The position numbers and the translations under genes are program-made. Below are positions 44,301-57,186 of a DNA stretch of 64,000 nt, one piece after another (position 1 is the first letter of the stretch; each line of letters opens with the position of its first letter). The DNA is from Pecten maximus (taxonomy: Eukaryota). Location of the stretch: contig NC_047019.1 of the NCBI RefSeq assembly GCF_902652985.1, positions 14,570,001 through 14,634,000 of the forward strand. The letters are read 5' to 3'. Below the pieces are notes generated by a model. It saw only the letters and a list, made by a program, of their open reading frames with translations, ran no database searches and had not been told where the DNA came from.

Positions 44301-47300
44301 CTTGTAGACAGTTCTCAGTTATATTATAATAGAGACAAGTGAAAATATGAATGTGATTTGTTAATCTTTATTTCTCTTTCTTTGCTATTTAGGAAGTATG
44401 AGGCAGAGAACTGTATAAAAACAGCAGCCAAGATTATTGCCCCAGCGATAGAAACCTCATTTGCCTCCGGATATGACTGGTGAGCTATATAAAATGTCTG
44501 TGATTTTTGTTGCAAATGCTGTCTGCTTCTGATTGCTGCCATTGATCCATGGTGGACCTAATGGGCACATCTAAATCCAATCTGATGAGAAGTATGCCTT
44601 CTGGATTGCAAAAGATTTCTGCTATACAAATGTTTTTAAAGTTACCCTTTAAGTGGTATTGTTGTTATCTTTATCATGTTAATTTGCTAACCTGTATGAA
44701 ACTGTATGTTGTTTACCTTTATGTTGTTTACCTGTATATTGTTTACCTGTATGTTGTGTACCTGTATGTTGTGTACCTGTATGTTGTTTACCTGTATGTT
44801 ATTAACCTGTATATTGTTTACCTGTATATTGTTTACCTGTATGTTGTTTACCTGTATGTTGTGTACCTGTATATTGTTTACCTGTATATTGTTTACCTGT
44901 ATGTTGTTTACCTGTATATTGTTTACCTGTATATTGTGTACCTGTATGTTGTGTACCTGTAAGTTGTTTACCTGTATATTGTTTACCTGTAAGTTGTTTA
45001 CCTGTATATTGTTTACCTGTATATTGTTTACCTGTATGTTGTTTACATGTATATTGTTTACATGTATATTGATTTTATGTCTTGTTGTTTACATGTATAT
45101 TGTTTACCTGTATATTGTGTACCTGTATATTGTTTACCTGTATATTATCTACCTGTATATTGTGTACCTGTATATTGTTTACCTGTATATTATCTACCTG
45201 TATATTGTGTACCTGTATATTGTTTACCTGTATATTGTTTACCTATATATTGTCTACCTGTATGTTGTGTACCTGTATATTGTTTACCTGTATATTGTTT
45301 ACCTGTATATTGTCTACCTGTATATTGTTTACCTGTATATTGTTTACATGTATACTGATTATATCTATATTATAGGTGTGTGGAGCAGGTTAAGACTTCC
45401 CAGTATGTGGACCTGGCCCATGATCTGGAGATAGACAAAGCCATCATGTACCTCAAACAGAAGGACTTCAACTTGGTAACTCACTCTCACCTTAACACTG
45501 GTTATGTTCAAAGAATCTACTCCGTGGCTTATCACCTATAAATAGCAATTAAGTAGAAAAAAAGAAAACCATATTTCATTTTATATCTACAGAAATCCTG
45601 TATTGCTTTAATTCAAAATGCCAATTCCTTGACAAGTGTGTTACAGTATGTATGCTTTTCAGTGATATGGAGTTATGTGGAGGTGAAATGAACATTTGCA
45701 AACCTAATCTTAAATAGAAAGCTAAATTCCTCCTACCACATATGTTGTTTAACAACAGGCCAACAAAAGATATTTGCATCACTCAAGCTTTCCAATAGGT
45801 ATCATTTTGATGGAAAATGCCAAACATGTATATCTCAAGTTAAAAAAAAATCAAAATTACTGAGAAATATTGTATTAATTTCTGTGAGAGTTACAACATC
45901 TCTCTCTGACTCTGTATTATATATTTACAGGCCATTGAAACATTGAAATCATTTGAGAAGAAAGATTCCAAAGTAGCCAGTACAGCTGCCACCAACCTGT
46001 CCTTCCTCTATTTCTTGGTATGTATACCCTGGCCACGCCCACCTCATAAACGTGCCACGCCCACCTCATAAACGTGCCACGCCCAGTTTTATGTCTGTTT
46101 CATTTACTAAAGATGGCCCTCATCCTCAACGAAGAATCATAGTCACTTTGAATGTATAACCAGAGCTCGTTTATTATGCCTTGTTTGTTTTGATACAATA
46201 TTCTCCACTAATATAGTATTTGTCTGCTTTCTATGCCGACCTGGTCACACCTTTCAGGTCGATCACCTATGTACATTTATGACACTTGTTATAGAGCGTC
46301 ACTTGCTGTGTGTTTCTTCTCAAAGACATTTTCATTGCTCATCTACTGAATAGGGTATTTGATTTGCATTCCATCAAGTTGAAAACATCGGGGCAATACT
46401 GGATTGATATAAACTTTAATTTGAATATCAGTGCTTGGCTATATATGTTGAATATAAGATCATAAAAGATGTATGTGAAACCACCAGTAGCCTCTTATTA
46501 CAAACTTTGTGAGGCTTGTAGCGAAAATTTTGATACAATCTGGCAATATACCAAAACTGTGTGTAAAAAAATCCAGTTGCTTTGGCTTCTAGATTTTAAG
46601 AACAGTTTGTTATATGAATATTTGATATATAATTCGTAATGCAATTACTATATAAATGTTAGTTATTCTGAATGTTGTGTCGAGACTTTAGTGAACAGCT
46701 CTCACTGAATGCGTGACTATTAAACACCTCGTTTGAAATGCATTTCTTTCCTTTTTTGAACAATGGCCTGTTCAGCATGGAGAGGTATTTTTACAATAGC
46801 ACTGTGTAGTTTTTCTTCTTTTATTTTCTTATTTCTTCTTTTTTTTCTCGCTGAATGTTGATGTTTGTTTCTGTTACAATCGTTAATTATAAAAGTCATT
46901 CTGTTACAGTCATCGTAGATTTTCTTTAGCCTTATTATGCCATTTATGAATTCTGACGATATTTTTTTTTTTTCAATTCATACTTAAATAATGAAAAATA
47001 TGAATATACAGTCAAACCTGCTCTAACGACCCCCTGTATATAACGACTGCCTGTCTATAACGACCGATTTAAAGATTCCCCGTGAGATTTTACTATATAA
47101 CGACCCTCTGTATAGCGACTACCTGTCTAATGTGGCTAACGACCGGTGATTTCGGAACGGCGGTCGCTAATTTGTTTTCTATAGCGACCGATTTCTGTCA
47201 GCCATCTTCTGCTCTCGGCAGTCATCCCTCATAAAATCCCCGGAAAATTCAGACACATCGACCCTGGCTTGATTATACAAACAAAGGACCACCACAACCC

Positions 47301-50300
47301 TGGCCTGAGTATATAAACAAAAGACCCCTACCACCTGTTAGCCTATAATTACTGTAGCTGCCCTGGCCTGGGGCTCGGTAAGAGAGAGTCGGGTCACCAT
47401 GCGTGTCGGTATTACATTACAACTGTGCACAGGTGGCTTCATTTGACACGGTCAGTCAATTTTGTGATTACAACTAGGATACATCACTTCAATAACAAAC
47501 ACAGGTCATATCTGTCAACAAGATTTACTCACATGAAAGCCAATAATGCCTTTCTTAATCGTAGCTGTCGGTACTAGCGTTTGTACTGCCGCCATCTTTA
47601 ATTAATCAATACTAATAAAAAGTTGTAAACTGACACAAATATCCGGATTTCAATTTGGGTCAGAAAAAAAAAAAATTTGGTTTTAAGAAGTAAGACTATA
47701 ACACAAAAAAATTAGTAGTAACACAAATATAATTAATTAATTAATTATTGTGTATTCTTTTTCTTTATTTATGAAAGAAAGGGAGATAATTTGATAGATA
47801 CATATAGTATTATTTCAGAACAAAATATTTTAAAAAAATTATCCATAATACCATTTTGAGTTATATTTTGTGTTTGGGTCCACAAATCATTAAATATTAA
47901 ACCCTTCAGATTTATAAAGTTTATGCATTTATTTAACTTCTGACTGGTCTTCTGAATGCCCTGTTCAATGACAATTTATTTATGGCAGTTTTAAGTAAAT
48001 TGGTTGGTGTAATAATTTTGACCTGTCTATAAAGGCAACCTGTCTATAGTGACCGTTTTTCTGCCTCCCCTTGGGCGGTCGCTATAGACAGGTTTGACTG
48101 TATATAGATATGTACAGCATATCTTAAGTTTTTATGCTTATGGTGTATTTCAGCCATTTCATCCTTGTTCTACAATAAATCACTTTCTTTTCTTACTAAA
48201 AATATTGAATCACATAAAAAAGCATATTTTTAATAACTATTAAAACTTAAATAAGTATTGTGTATGTAATGTATAAAAATACTTTATTTCTTAAACATTA
48301 TAAACAAATCTATTTGCACACAATTTTAGTTAGTGTGACGTGGAGGTGGTGGGTGCATCACTGCACAAGTATATCAACTAAATCTACTTGTCAAGAATTT
48401 GTCCGTTAAAGTAGGTTAGGGTTGTTTGTAATCTGCGCTCAAGCTGACACGGGCTGGGCCCTGGGGTGTATACCCACAATTTAAGTATTAGGTAATATCT
48501 CGTGTCTACTGTAGAGAGCTAAACAGGGCTAACTACCAGAATACTTAATTGTCACTCTGTCATGAAGTTATGATAATTATGATTTGTTGATATGATCATG
48601 TCTAATGTAGGACAAATTATAAAAGTCTACTGTTCCTACAGACATCACATAATTTTAAATGTTTAAAATGAGAAGTTTAGGAGTGAAAAAAAATTCTTTA
48701 AACTAATAAGCTTTCATAATCAAATAATTAATTTCAAACTAGAAATTCATGTACAACTAAATGTATCATGAAACTCATAATTAATTTTGTTTCATTCTTG
48801 TTTTAATTCAATTTAGATATTAAGACATTTATAGGATATAAAATATTCATCACTACCAGTATTCATCAGTGTTCTCATTAAGAGGTGGTTCCTTACAAAA
48901 AAATCCTTTTCCTTAATTTTGAATTGGCTATTTTATTACACCATGAATAAATTCAACAGCTAATTTCATGAAATCAGCAACATGTTTGAAATCTTAGTGA
49001 GAACACTGTATATTATCTTGTCATGTGCTTTTATCCATTTATGTGCAAAAAAATCTCTGCATGTTTTGTTTTTTTATTAAGATTTTTAGATATTCAAGAT
49101 TTTTGCTTTTACATGTATTTAATGTTAAGATACTTAGTTACAAATGATGACATTATTGAAACAAACTGAGTTAAGTTTAAGTAGATATAGTAAAAGCTCT
49201 ACACAACATTTGTGTGTTACTTGTATAAATTGGTGACCATGTTACCCAACACTATCTTTTCCTTGTATCAGAGTTGACATCGTCAGTAAATTGTCTTGTT
49301 AATATACCATGTAGTTTTGAAGTAATGTGAATTTATGTATATATAAATATGTATGGACATCACTATCAGAAATTAAGAACTAGATTCCTCTACGGACAGT
49401 TGAATTGATTGTATACCTATATCTATACAGGAGAATGACCTTGACCAGGCAGACAAGTATGCCGAGCTGGCCATGTCTTCAGATCGCTACAATCCAGCAG
49501 GTCAGTCCAACATGCTAACCAAGTACATCTAGTTTTAAAGAAGGGAGTTGTAGGCAACAGATAATAGTTGTTTTCATCAGGTCTATTTTTTAAATAAAAT
49601 AAAATCGTAAAAAAATTAGTTACTTTGAAAATGAAATTAAGAGAGCAATTATCATTCTTTTCACACCTTTACCAAATTTGCTTGTAGTTCAAGAATACAT
49701 TGTTCCAATAAACATTGTCAGTGAAGCACTGTAACATTTGATATTTCAATAAACATTCATCTAAATCTATCAAACAACTGAGAAGAACACCGCCATGAAG
49801 TCAATACTGTGTGAAAAAAACCTAATGATTTTCTAATTGTTTTTGATTGGATTAACTTTTTAACTGGTCTGTGTCCTTTCAGCTCTTGTCAACAAGGGAA
49901 ATGTTCTATTCAAAAGAGGTGACTTTGAAAAGGCTAGAGAGTTCTTCAAGGAGGCTTTACAGAATGACTCATCTTGTGTGGAGGCCTTGTATAACCTTGG
50001 TAAGTCAAAGTTGTTAATTAATGACCGCTGCATGTGGATCCACTATAACTTATTCTGTAAATTGTGTGGAGAATAATCAAGATTGGGAATAGAAATAATA
50101 TGTTTTTAATTTCTTATTGCCGTTGTCCATTAGTCTCAAAAGTTTCTGCTTGGTTTCATTAAGACTTTGATTTCATATGACCATATGTTCAGTAAGGGTA
50201 GGTCTCTGTTATTGTGGACTGTTGTGATCCAAAATGATGTTTTTCTCTGTATAAATTGACACACTGATTTCTGATCCATTCCCGGACTGTTTATACAGGC

Positions 50301-53300
50301 CTGTGTAACAAGAGGATTAACAGACTGGAGGACGCCCTCGACTGTTACTACAAGCTTCACGCCATCCTCAGAAACAGTCCTCAAGTCATGTACCAGATAG
50401 CTGACATGTATCCTTTACTGCAGGGAAATATGAGTTCATAGTGCAATAGTTGTTCATATTGTATTTCATATAAAAGAAAGTTTCCATGACAGATATACAC
50501 TAAATGTAATACTATTATTGTTAGTTATGGTAACATACACTAAATGTAATACTGTAAAATAATGAATTTTCATTGAGGTTTTATTTTCATCCACAAACAA
50601 AATCTTCCATTGTGCGATTGTTTAGAGGAACAAGGACATATCTCTAACATGCCTAGAAGTAAAGGGTCGTATCTCAAATTTATCAATTTTTAGATTTTAA
50701 TAAATTACAACTACGTGTAATACTATTATTGTTAGTTATGGTAACATACACTAAATGTAATACTGTAAAATATTATATTTTCATTGAGGTTTTATTTTCA
50801 TTGATAAACAAATTCTTCCATTGTATATATTTTCTACAGTAAAATTTGATTTTGTATAATTGTGACCTTGACCTACATAAGACATGACCAGCTGGACGAC
50901 ACAGCCCAAGCCACAGAATGGTAAGGATCCATGTTATAATATCTCTAAACCTGTAGTGACACCAGGAGCCAGTTCATTTATGCAGACAAACTGGTTTATC
51001 TTGATTTTAAATGTGACATTTCAGGCATAGATCTTGACCGTTCTACAGATGTTATTACAAACATTACAAGTCCTTGTTAAAGCTCCTCTGAATACAACAT
51101 AAAATCACCAGGTCCGTCCTTATTTCATAAATGAACAACTCTGGTCCAACCGGATCGACTGGTAGTATTATCATTATACATGTATTATAAGGTATCTAAA
51201 ACAGTAGGGGCCACAAGTGGCCAAGTGTATTATCATTATACATGTATTATAAGGTATCTAAAACAGTAGGGGCCACAAGTGGCAAAGTGGTTAAGGTGTC
51301 CCAACACTTTATCACTAACCCTCCACCTCTGGGTTGCGAGTTCGAAACCTACGTGGGGTAGTTGCCAGGTAGTGACCGTAGGCTGGTGGTTTTGCTCCGG
51401 GTACCCCGGCTTTCCTCCACCTCCAAAACCTGTCACATCCTTAAATGACCCTGGCAGTTAATAGGACGTTAAACAAAATAAACCAAACCAAGCGTGTTTA
51501 ATTAATAAAACTATATTTTTGGGACAAGTACCTGTCATATATATATTTTTTTTAACGTCCTATTAACAGCCAGGGACGTTAAACAAAAACAAACAAAATC
51601 TAAAACAGTAAGATATTTTCCCAATAGAATATATGTCTATGTCTGTTGTATCATCCCAGATCACTATGATTAATTAACTAGCATTGCAGTTTGCTTCATC
51701 TTTACTCTTTTGACTGTTTCTCTTCCACAGGTTCATGCAGTTAATAGGAGTAGTACCGACAGATACGTCTGTACTGGCCAAGACCGGGGAGATATATGAC
51801 AACGAGGGAGACAAGTCACAGGCATTCCAGTATTATTATGATGTATGTATCTCTCGTAGCCCTGTAATACATAACACTGGATCTACTTAAACTATGTTTT
51901 GTCAATGTTTAAGACATATCAGTTTCAAACTGTAAAATATGTAAACAAGTTCCATATGGTTTCATATACTTATTAATACATTTAGTTCTTTCATTTGATT
52001 TATTGAAAATTACTGATGAAAGAATGCAGATGTTTTAATCAACAGGATATCTATTTATAATGCATTTAAATTTTTATCTATTATGATAATGATATTATCA
52101 TATACATATTTTCTATATAATATTTTCTGAATAGAAATGAAATTTTCTTAATAATATTTTCCTATTATTTCAGTCATATAGATATTTCCCATCTAACATT
52201 CCGGTGATAGAGTGGCTAGGAGCCTATTACATAGATTCCCAATTCTGTGAAAAAGCCATCCATTACTTTGAGAGAGCCGGTATAGTACAGTAAGTATAGG
52301 AGGACACACTTATTGAGGTTGTGGATCTATTACGTGATGTCTGTTATAACCAAGCTTTCTTTATTAGGTCTGAATGTTGCAATACATCATTAAGATCTAT
52401 AATTGATAATTGTTGCAAGTCCTTCATTCTTTTCAATTTACCATTTTTTTTCCAAGATTATGAATTACATCAAAATGACTATTGATTAGTTATTCAATTA
52501 GAAAGTAGAACCTTAAAACTTGAAACTTTAAAAGAGAAACTTGTATTAAGAACTCTAGTCAAGGGAGACCACTCTAGAGATTTATTAAGGGAAACCACTT
52601 AAGTGCAATAGTCAAGGGAGACCACTCTAGAGATTTATTAAGGGAAACCACTTAAGTGTCAGAAATTAATCATGGGGGACCACTGTAATGAGAAATTTAT
52701 AATTACAAGACCAGCTGGTGTTCACTACTAGAAATGAGGAGGATGTTACACGACAGATTCTCCTGAACCATGTGACAATGGCTTTACAAGATAAATATTT
52801 GAGACATAACAATATTGGTTATTACATATTTCACGCAATTGTAAATATTTGATACCATAAGGACCAATCTTGTATTTACAGACCTGCCCAAGTGAAGTGG
52901 CAGTTAATGATAGCTAGCTGTCATCGGAGAAGTGGAAATTACCAAAATGCCTTAGAAACTTACAAACATATACACAGACGCTTCCCTGAAAATGTAGAAT
53001 GTAAGTACATCTTATACCTAAAGTAATTACAAACATATACACGCATGGTCTCCTGAAAATGTAGAATTTATGTTCAACTCATATATGAAGTAAGATATAA
53101 TTCCTGTAGAGAAGTCCCATTACAACTAGAGGAAATTTTGTTTTTTTAATATTATGTACTGTTTCACATTTTATGTATTTTACAAAAGACTTTTATTAAT
53201 ATTTGATTGATGAATTATATTAAGAAGTAAACATTAGCTGATCCAACTTGGCAATAGATAGCTTTCTTATACCTGATGGTAATGCTGTTCAGGAATTCAC

Positions 53301-56300
53301 ATGTTAAAGGTATGATTTAGCTGGTTTTCTTTGTTCAGTGTAAAACTTGATTGAATTTTGCAGGTTTAAAATTCCTTGTTAGAATATGTTCTGATCTGGG
53401 TCTTAAAGAAGCTCAGGAGTATGCTACAAAGTTAAAGAAGGCTGAGAAGACCAAAGAGATTCGGGAACAGGTCAGTTGTAAGAGACTGCAAAATTAAGAA
53501 TGTAACTCACCACAAATTCCACAAAACTGTTTTACTGATTTTCTGCTGTGTCAAATTCTCACTTGATAAAAAAAAGTTCAGAGAGAAAATTGCAATGCCA
53601 AAGATATATTATACATATTTGTAAAATATCTATAAATTGAGAAATGTGTACAAGAATATTGTTGATATTGCTCGTTTTGTATTGTATCAAATATTTTTAC
53701 TATGTTAAACACCTGAAGTTTTGTACAGGTATGTTAAAAGTTATATATACATTAGCTTAAAACATTTTCCTTCTATATCGATTGATGCTGTGTATGTAAC
53801 ACAGGTAACAGCGATCCAGTAAATCAGTTCAGTATAGTGATGTATACATTTTGTTGGTTACAGAGGGCCAGTAGTGGAACAAGAAGAGGAAGTGGGCGTG
53901 GCCGTAGAGGAGAGGAGACGGGTATGATAACTAAAATTGAATAAAGAAAAAGATGTTACAAAATGTAAATTTATGGCTGGAAGACAATGAAAACAGTCAG
54001 TATGAATGTCTATGTCAGATCTACCTGAGTTTAGAAATGATTGATTCAGGTACAGAATTTACAAAGACATATTTCGGGTATGAATCTTGTATATGTTTAC
54101 TATTTAATTCAAGACGTTGGAATCTAGATCAGTGCCTTACTAAACAGGTCTGTTATATTAAACATGTTTGTTTCTCCAACAACTTATTGTATTAACACCA
54201 GTATTGATATCTATACTGATAATCTGTCTACAGATGAGAGTGGTGGTGGGAGAAAGACTAGCGGCCATAGGAAAGGTGGCAAGAGACGACCTAACCTGGA
54301 CGATGTTGACGACGGCGCCTACCAGATGTCTGGTAAACAGGAAATAGGTCAGTATATATACTGGAGTCCGCAACAAAACTCCTTGTTTAGGTTTCACTTG
54401 GTCTTTGTGAAATCAGTCAAAATAATTTACAGACCTCGGTACATAATTTTGGGATTATGTTGCGACCTTAATATTATGATTTATGTAATTTTCTGTTTCT
54501 TACCAGATCTTCGGTAAATTATGTGACATATACAACGTCTTGTATATAATATTTATGCTAAAACTGAACCATTGCTGAATAGTTAGATTGAACTGCTACA
54601 GTCTGTATATCATTTGTTAGTTTTATTACATAGTTATCTATCATATGCTACTCATTGATAAATCTTCATCAATTCATTTATTCATTATTGCCAATTAAGG
54701 AGAGGATGTCAAAAACGGTAGGTATAGTGTTGGCACCTCATTCCTGTTCTCGACCTGTAGACTCTTTCTTACACTATACTCATCTACTCAGGTTGTGTGA
54801 TGTTTCTTCAAATTTAAAGTAGATCAATGTGTAGATAAAAAATTTTTTTTTTTTTTCTTTTTTCACTTCTGTGTTTTGATTATTTTTTTGTTACAGAATT
54901 ATGTTAAATTTTGCCTCATTGCTACCGACATTTGTAAATTTCTATCAGAATCTGCAGACAAGCTCACTTCTTTATAAATAACATTAACAGATTCTGAAAT
55001 ATTTTGCTTTTTCCTATGATCAGAAGTTTCTATCAAGTTTAAGGCTTATAAAGCTTCAACAATATATATTGTGTGTGGTAGCTTGGAATCTGCTTCTCTC
55101 CCCTGGCAGAGGTAACAGGCCTTGCACCGATTTCCCGATTTAATAAAATCGTTCACTTATGGTGATGGGAATTACAGTAATAAAAAAAAATAGATATGTA
55201 ACACAAAAAGAGTGTTTCTTTCTTTAAAATTGGCATTCGTACCTATCAGCTTGTTCATATATGTTGCGGAGTACAAGATTTGTGAAATTGTTTTTAAAAA
55301 GGTTCAAATAATCTATTATATTTCACAAGCCACTTTTGATACCAAAATAGTTCTGACAATTAAGCAATAAACATAAACTGATGAAATAAAGGAATAATTT
55401 TGTTTTAAACTTTTCAAAAATTTCGTCCTGCCAAGTTTTAAGACTACTGCAGGCATGCTATTAATTAATTTAGCAAATTCACTCCCATAGACGTATTAAC
55501 ATTTGTGTCCCTATATTTACTTAAATATATACCTTATGTTTCTAATAACTCAATATATATATATATCTTTCACCATTTGTTAATTATGCTGCGGTATAAT
55601 CTTGCTATTGATTGATCGTGAAACTTTGTCTTCTAATTAAAAAGTAAAACATGAGTAGTTAAATTTTGCCGTTTTTTCCGCACCAGCTATAATTAGATCT
55701 ACAAAATTAATTCATCTGCAGTACACTGGACAATACTGACATGGATATTAAAGACTTTTGAATGGGCTCGTATCTGGTCAGGTGGCACTTGACCAGATAA
55801 TTTCATATACTAGTCCAACACAAACTGAAGACTCGGCATATTTTAATAAGTAGATTTTCTAAGCATCTTATCACTAACACCAGGGTACTTTCCAGAGTGT
55901 TACACATATTTGGTAGTTATAATAATTTACAGTGTCACACATATTTGGTAGTTACATTAATTTACAGTGTCACACATATTTGGTAGTTATATTAATTTAC
56001 TGGACCCAGGTATTCTGTTACTTTCACTGAGTTTCCTTATGTGTTTAGTGTTGTATTATTCAGATTAACTTTTCATTTCATGTGAGATTTTATGAAACCA
56101 GCCTTACACGTTTTTGTTTTTGCAAGCCTTGGCAAGCTAAAAACTAAAAACTTAGAGATGCTTAATAAAATTTCATATGAAATGAAAACAAAACTAAGAA
56201 AAAGTTTTTATCACATATCTGAGAAAAATACATCTTGATAAGTTTTAAAGCTGAAATGTGGAGGACAAAATCAATGGCAGTACCCATTTTATTGCGCCAT

Positions 56301-57186
56301 TTTCAATTCATGATGTAATAACATTGTTGATATTATGATATCATCGATTTCTGATTAGCACAACCAATGAAAACGCTCCTGGGTAGTGGCATACCGGTAT
56401 GGAAAATAATTCTCTGAATAATAGTCTAATTTTGTGAGAAGATGTACACAAAGTTGTAATACTTATTTGACTACACTACCAGTTGAACATACAAAAACAT
56501 TTCATTACTTTGACATCGCTGAAAGAATTTTGATGTGTTATCTTGGTTTATATTTCCTGATCGATTCGTATACAGTTTCTTTGTTTAAATCTTTTTGGGT
56601 AGAGGTAGACTATGTGGAGAAGAAATTTAGTTCTTTGTTATATTGAACAGTTAAGAACATCGCTTTGTTATGATGTACAATGTTTAATAATCAGTCTATA
56701 CAATGCAAAGCATAGAAAGGCTGATTTTGAAATTGATATTTGTGGCTTGTGATTGCACGATTTCCGTTTACCTCTATATTTCATAGTAGTCTTTCACTTA
56801 TGGTCAGAATCCGTCTCATTATCTAATTTATAAAAATATTTAAAATTTGAAGCATGATCTTTGTGTTATTCTACCAAATTAGCATTTTGACAGCCAGGTG
56901 TACAGTTTGGTATACAGGTGACTGGGCCATATTAAAGTCAGCAGTGACCCTAACAAGTCATTTTTTGTGTTTTGTTCGTTTAGATGCATCCTACAGCGAT
57001 CCACTGGGACCCCAAATGGAAAGACCGAAGACAGCTGCCGTCCGAGGAATGAAGGCGGAAGAGGACATGTTCGATGAAGAATTGGGAGAGGACATGTTAC
57101 CCGGAGTAGATGATATCAGAGTAGATGATATCGCTGTTGGTATTCTTGTTTGTCTTGGTGTAGAAAAGATAAAAGATGCCAATTGA
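35372..57186 (+). CDS. IFT88: Intraflagellar transport protein 88 (TPR protein), 23 coding exons, about 832 aa if the terminal indel is corrected
   Basis: Exons: 35372-35458, 35887-35955, 36973-37238, 37625-37715, 38031-38135, 38416-38518, 42448-42562, 42778-43009, 43340-43410, 44393-44479, 45376-45475, 45931-46017, 49431-49500, 49883-49999, 50299-50407, 50882-50920, 51731-51842, 52174-52289, 52882-53000, 53364-53470, 53864-53921, 54234-54347, 56984-57186; all phases consistent. Diagnostic peptides: MMEQVHLAGEDEEDIYSGFNDYN, RTSHGRRPP, ARPMTAVRAAGY, NLDLTYSVLFNLANQY, YRMALDQVP, KWQLMIASCHRRSGNYQ, DASYSDPLGPQMERPKTA. In-frame upstream ATGs at 35357 and 35366. Confidence 0.96.
38688..39781 (+). 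mobile_element. 1.09-kb MITE (pogo/Tigger-like, CAGT termini) in IFT88 intron 6
   Basis: TIR cagtcaaacctg..caggtttgactg, TA TSD, subterminal repeats; the corresponding site in the duplicated intron (about 42075) is empty. Confidence 0.9.
40148..42447 (+). other. Extra IFT88 segment: truncated exon 7 fused to an indel-ridden part of exon 3, then second copies of exons 4-6
   Basis: Exon 7 copy 40148-40249 breaks at ..ccaaactctca and continues into exon-3 sequence (about 40258-40483). Intact repeats of exon 4 (40869-40959), exon 5 (41275-41379) and exon 6 (41788-41890) follow, with homologous introns. Confidence 0.9.
43392..44182. repeat. 40-43-bp minisatellite (about 19 copies) built from the IFT88 exon 9 donor junction
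   Basis: Unit gacagatagagagacaaag|gtatgtggggacaaatatacag. Confidence 0.95.
44703..45354. repeat. 15-bp minisatellite (about 40 copies) just upstream of IFT88 exon 11
   Basis: Unit tgtttacctgtatat. Confidence 0.95.
47009..48100 (-). mobile_element. Second, inverted, near-identical copy of the 1.09-kb MITE (IFT88 intron 12)
   Basis: Reverse complement of 38688-39781 with only scattered differences; TA TSD. Confidence 0.9.
50408..50881 (+). other. U12-type (minor spliceosome) GT-AG intron of IFT88
   Basis: 5' splice site GTATCCTTT; branch-site-like CCTTGAC about 10 nt upstream of the AAG acceptor; no polypyrimidine tract; splicing restores the frame (IADI-HDQLDD). Confidence 0.88.
51269..51490 (+). 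mobile_element. tRNA-headed V-domain-like SINE (family B)
   Basis: A box tggcaaagtggttaagg, B box gagttcgaaacc, V-like core ggttttgctccgggtaccccggctttcctccac, same 3' tail as family A. TSD atctaaaacagta (51256-51268, 51598-51610) also encloses extra inverted tail fragments. Confidence 0.8.

Noticed and set aside
43301-45434. Long Cys/Tyr-rich ORFs on both strands
   Set aside because: Products of 41-bp and 15-bp intronic minisatellites.
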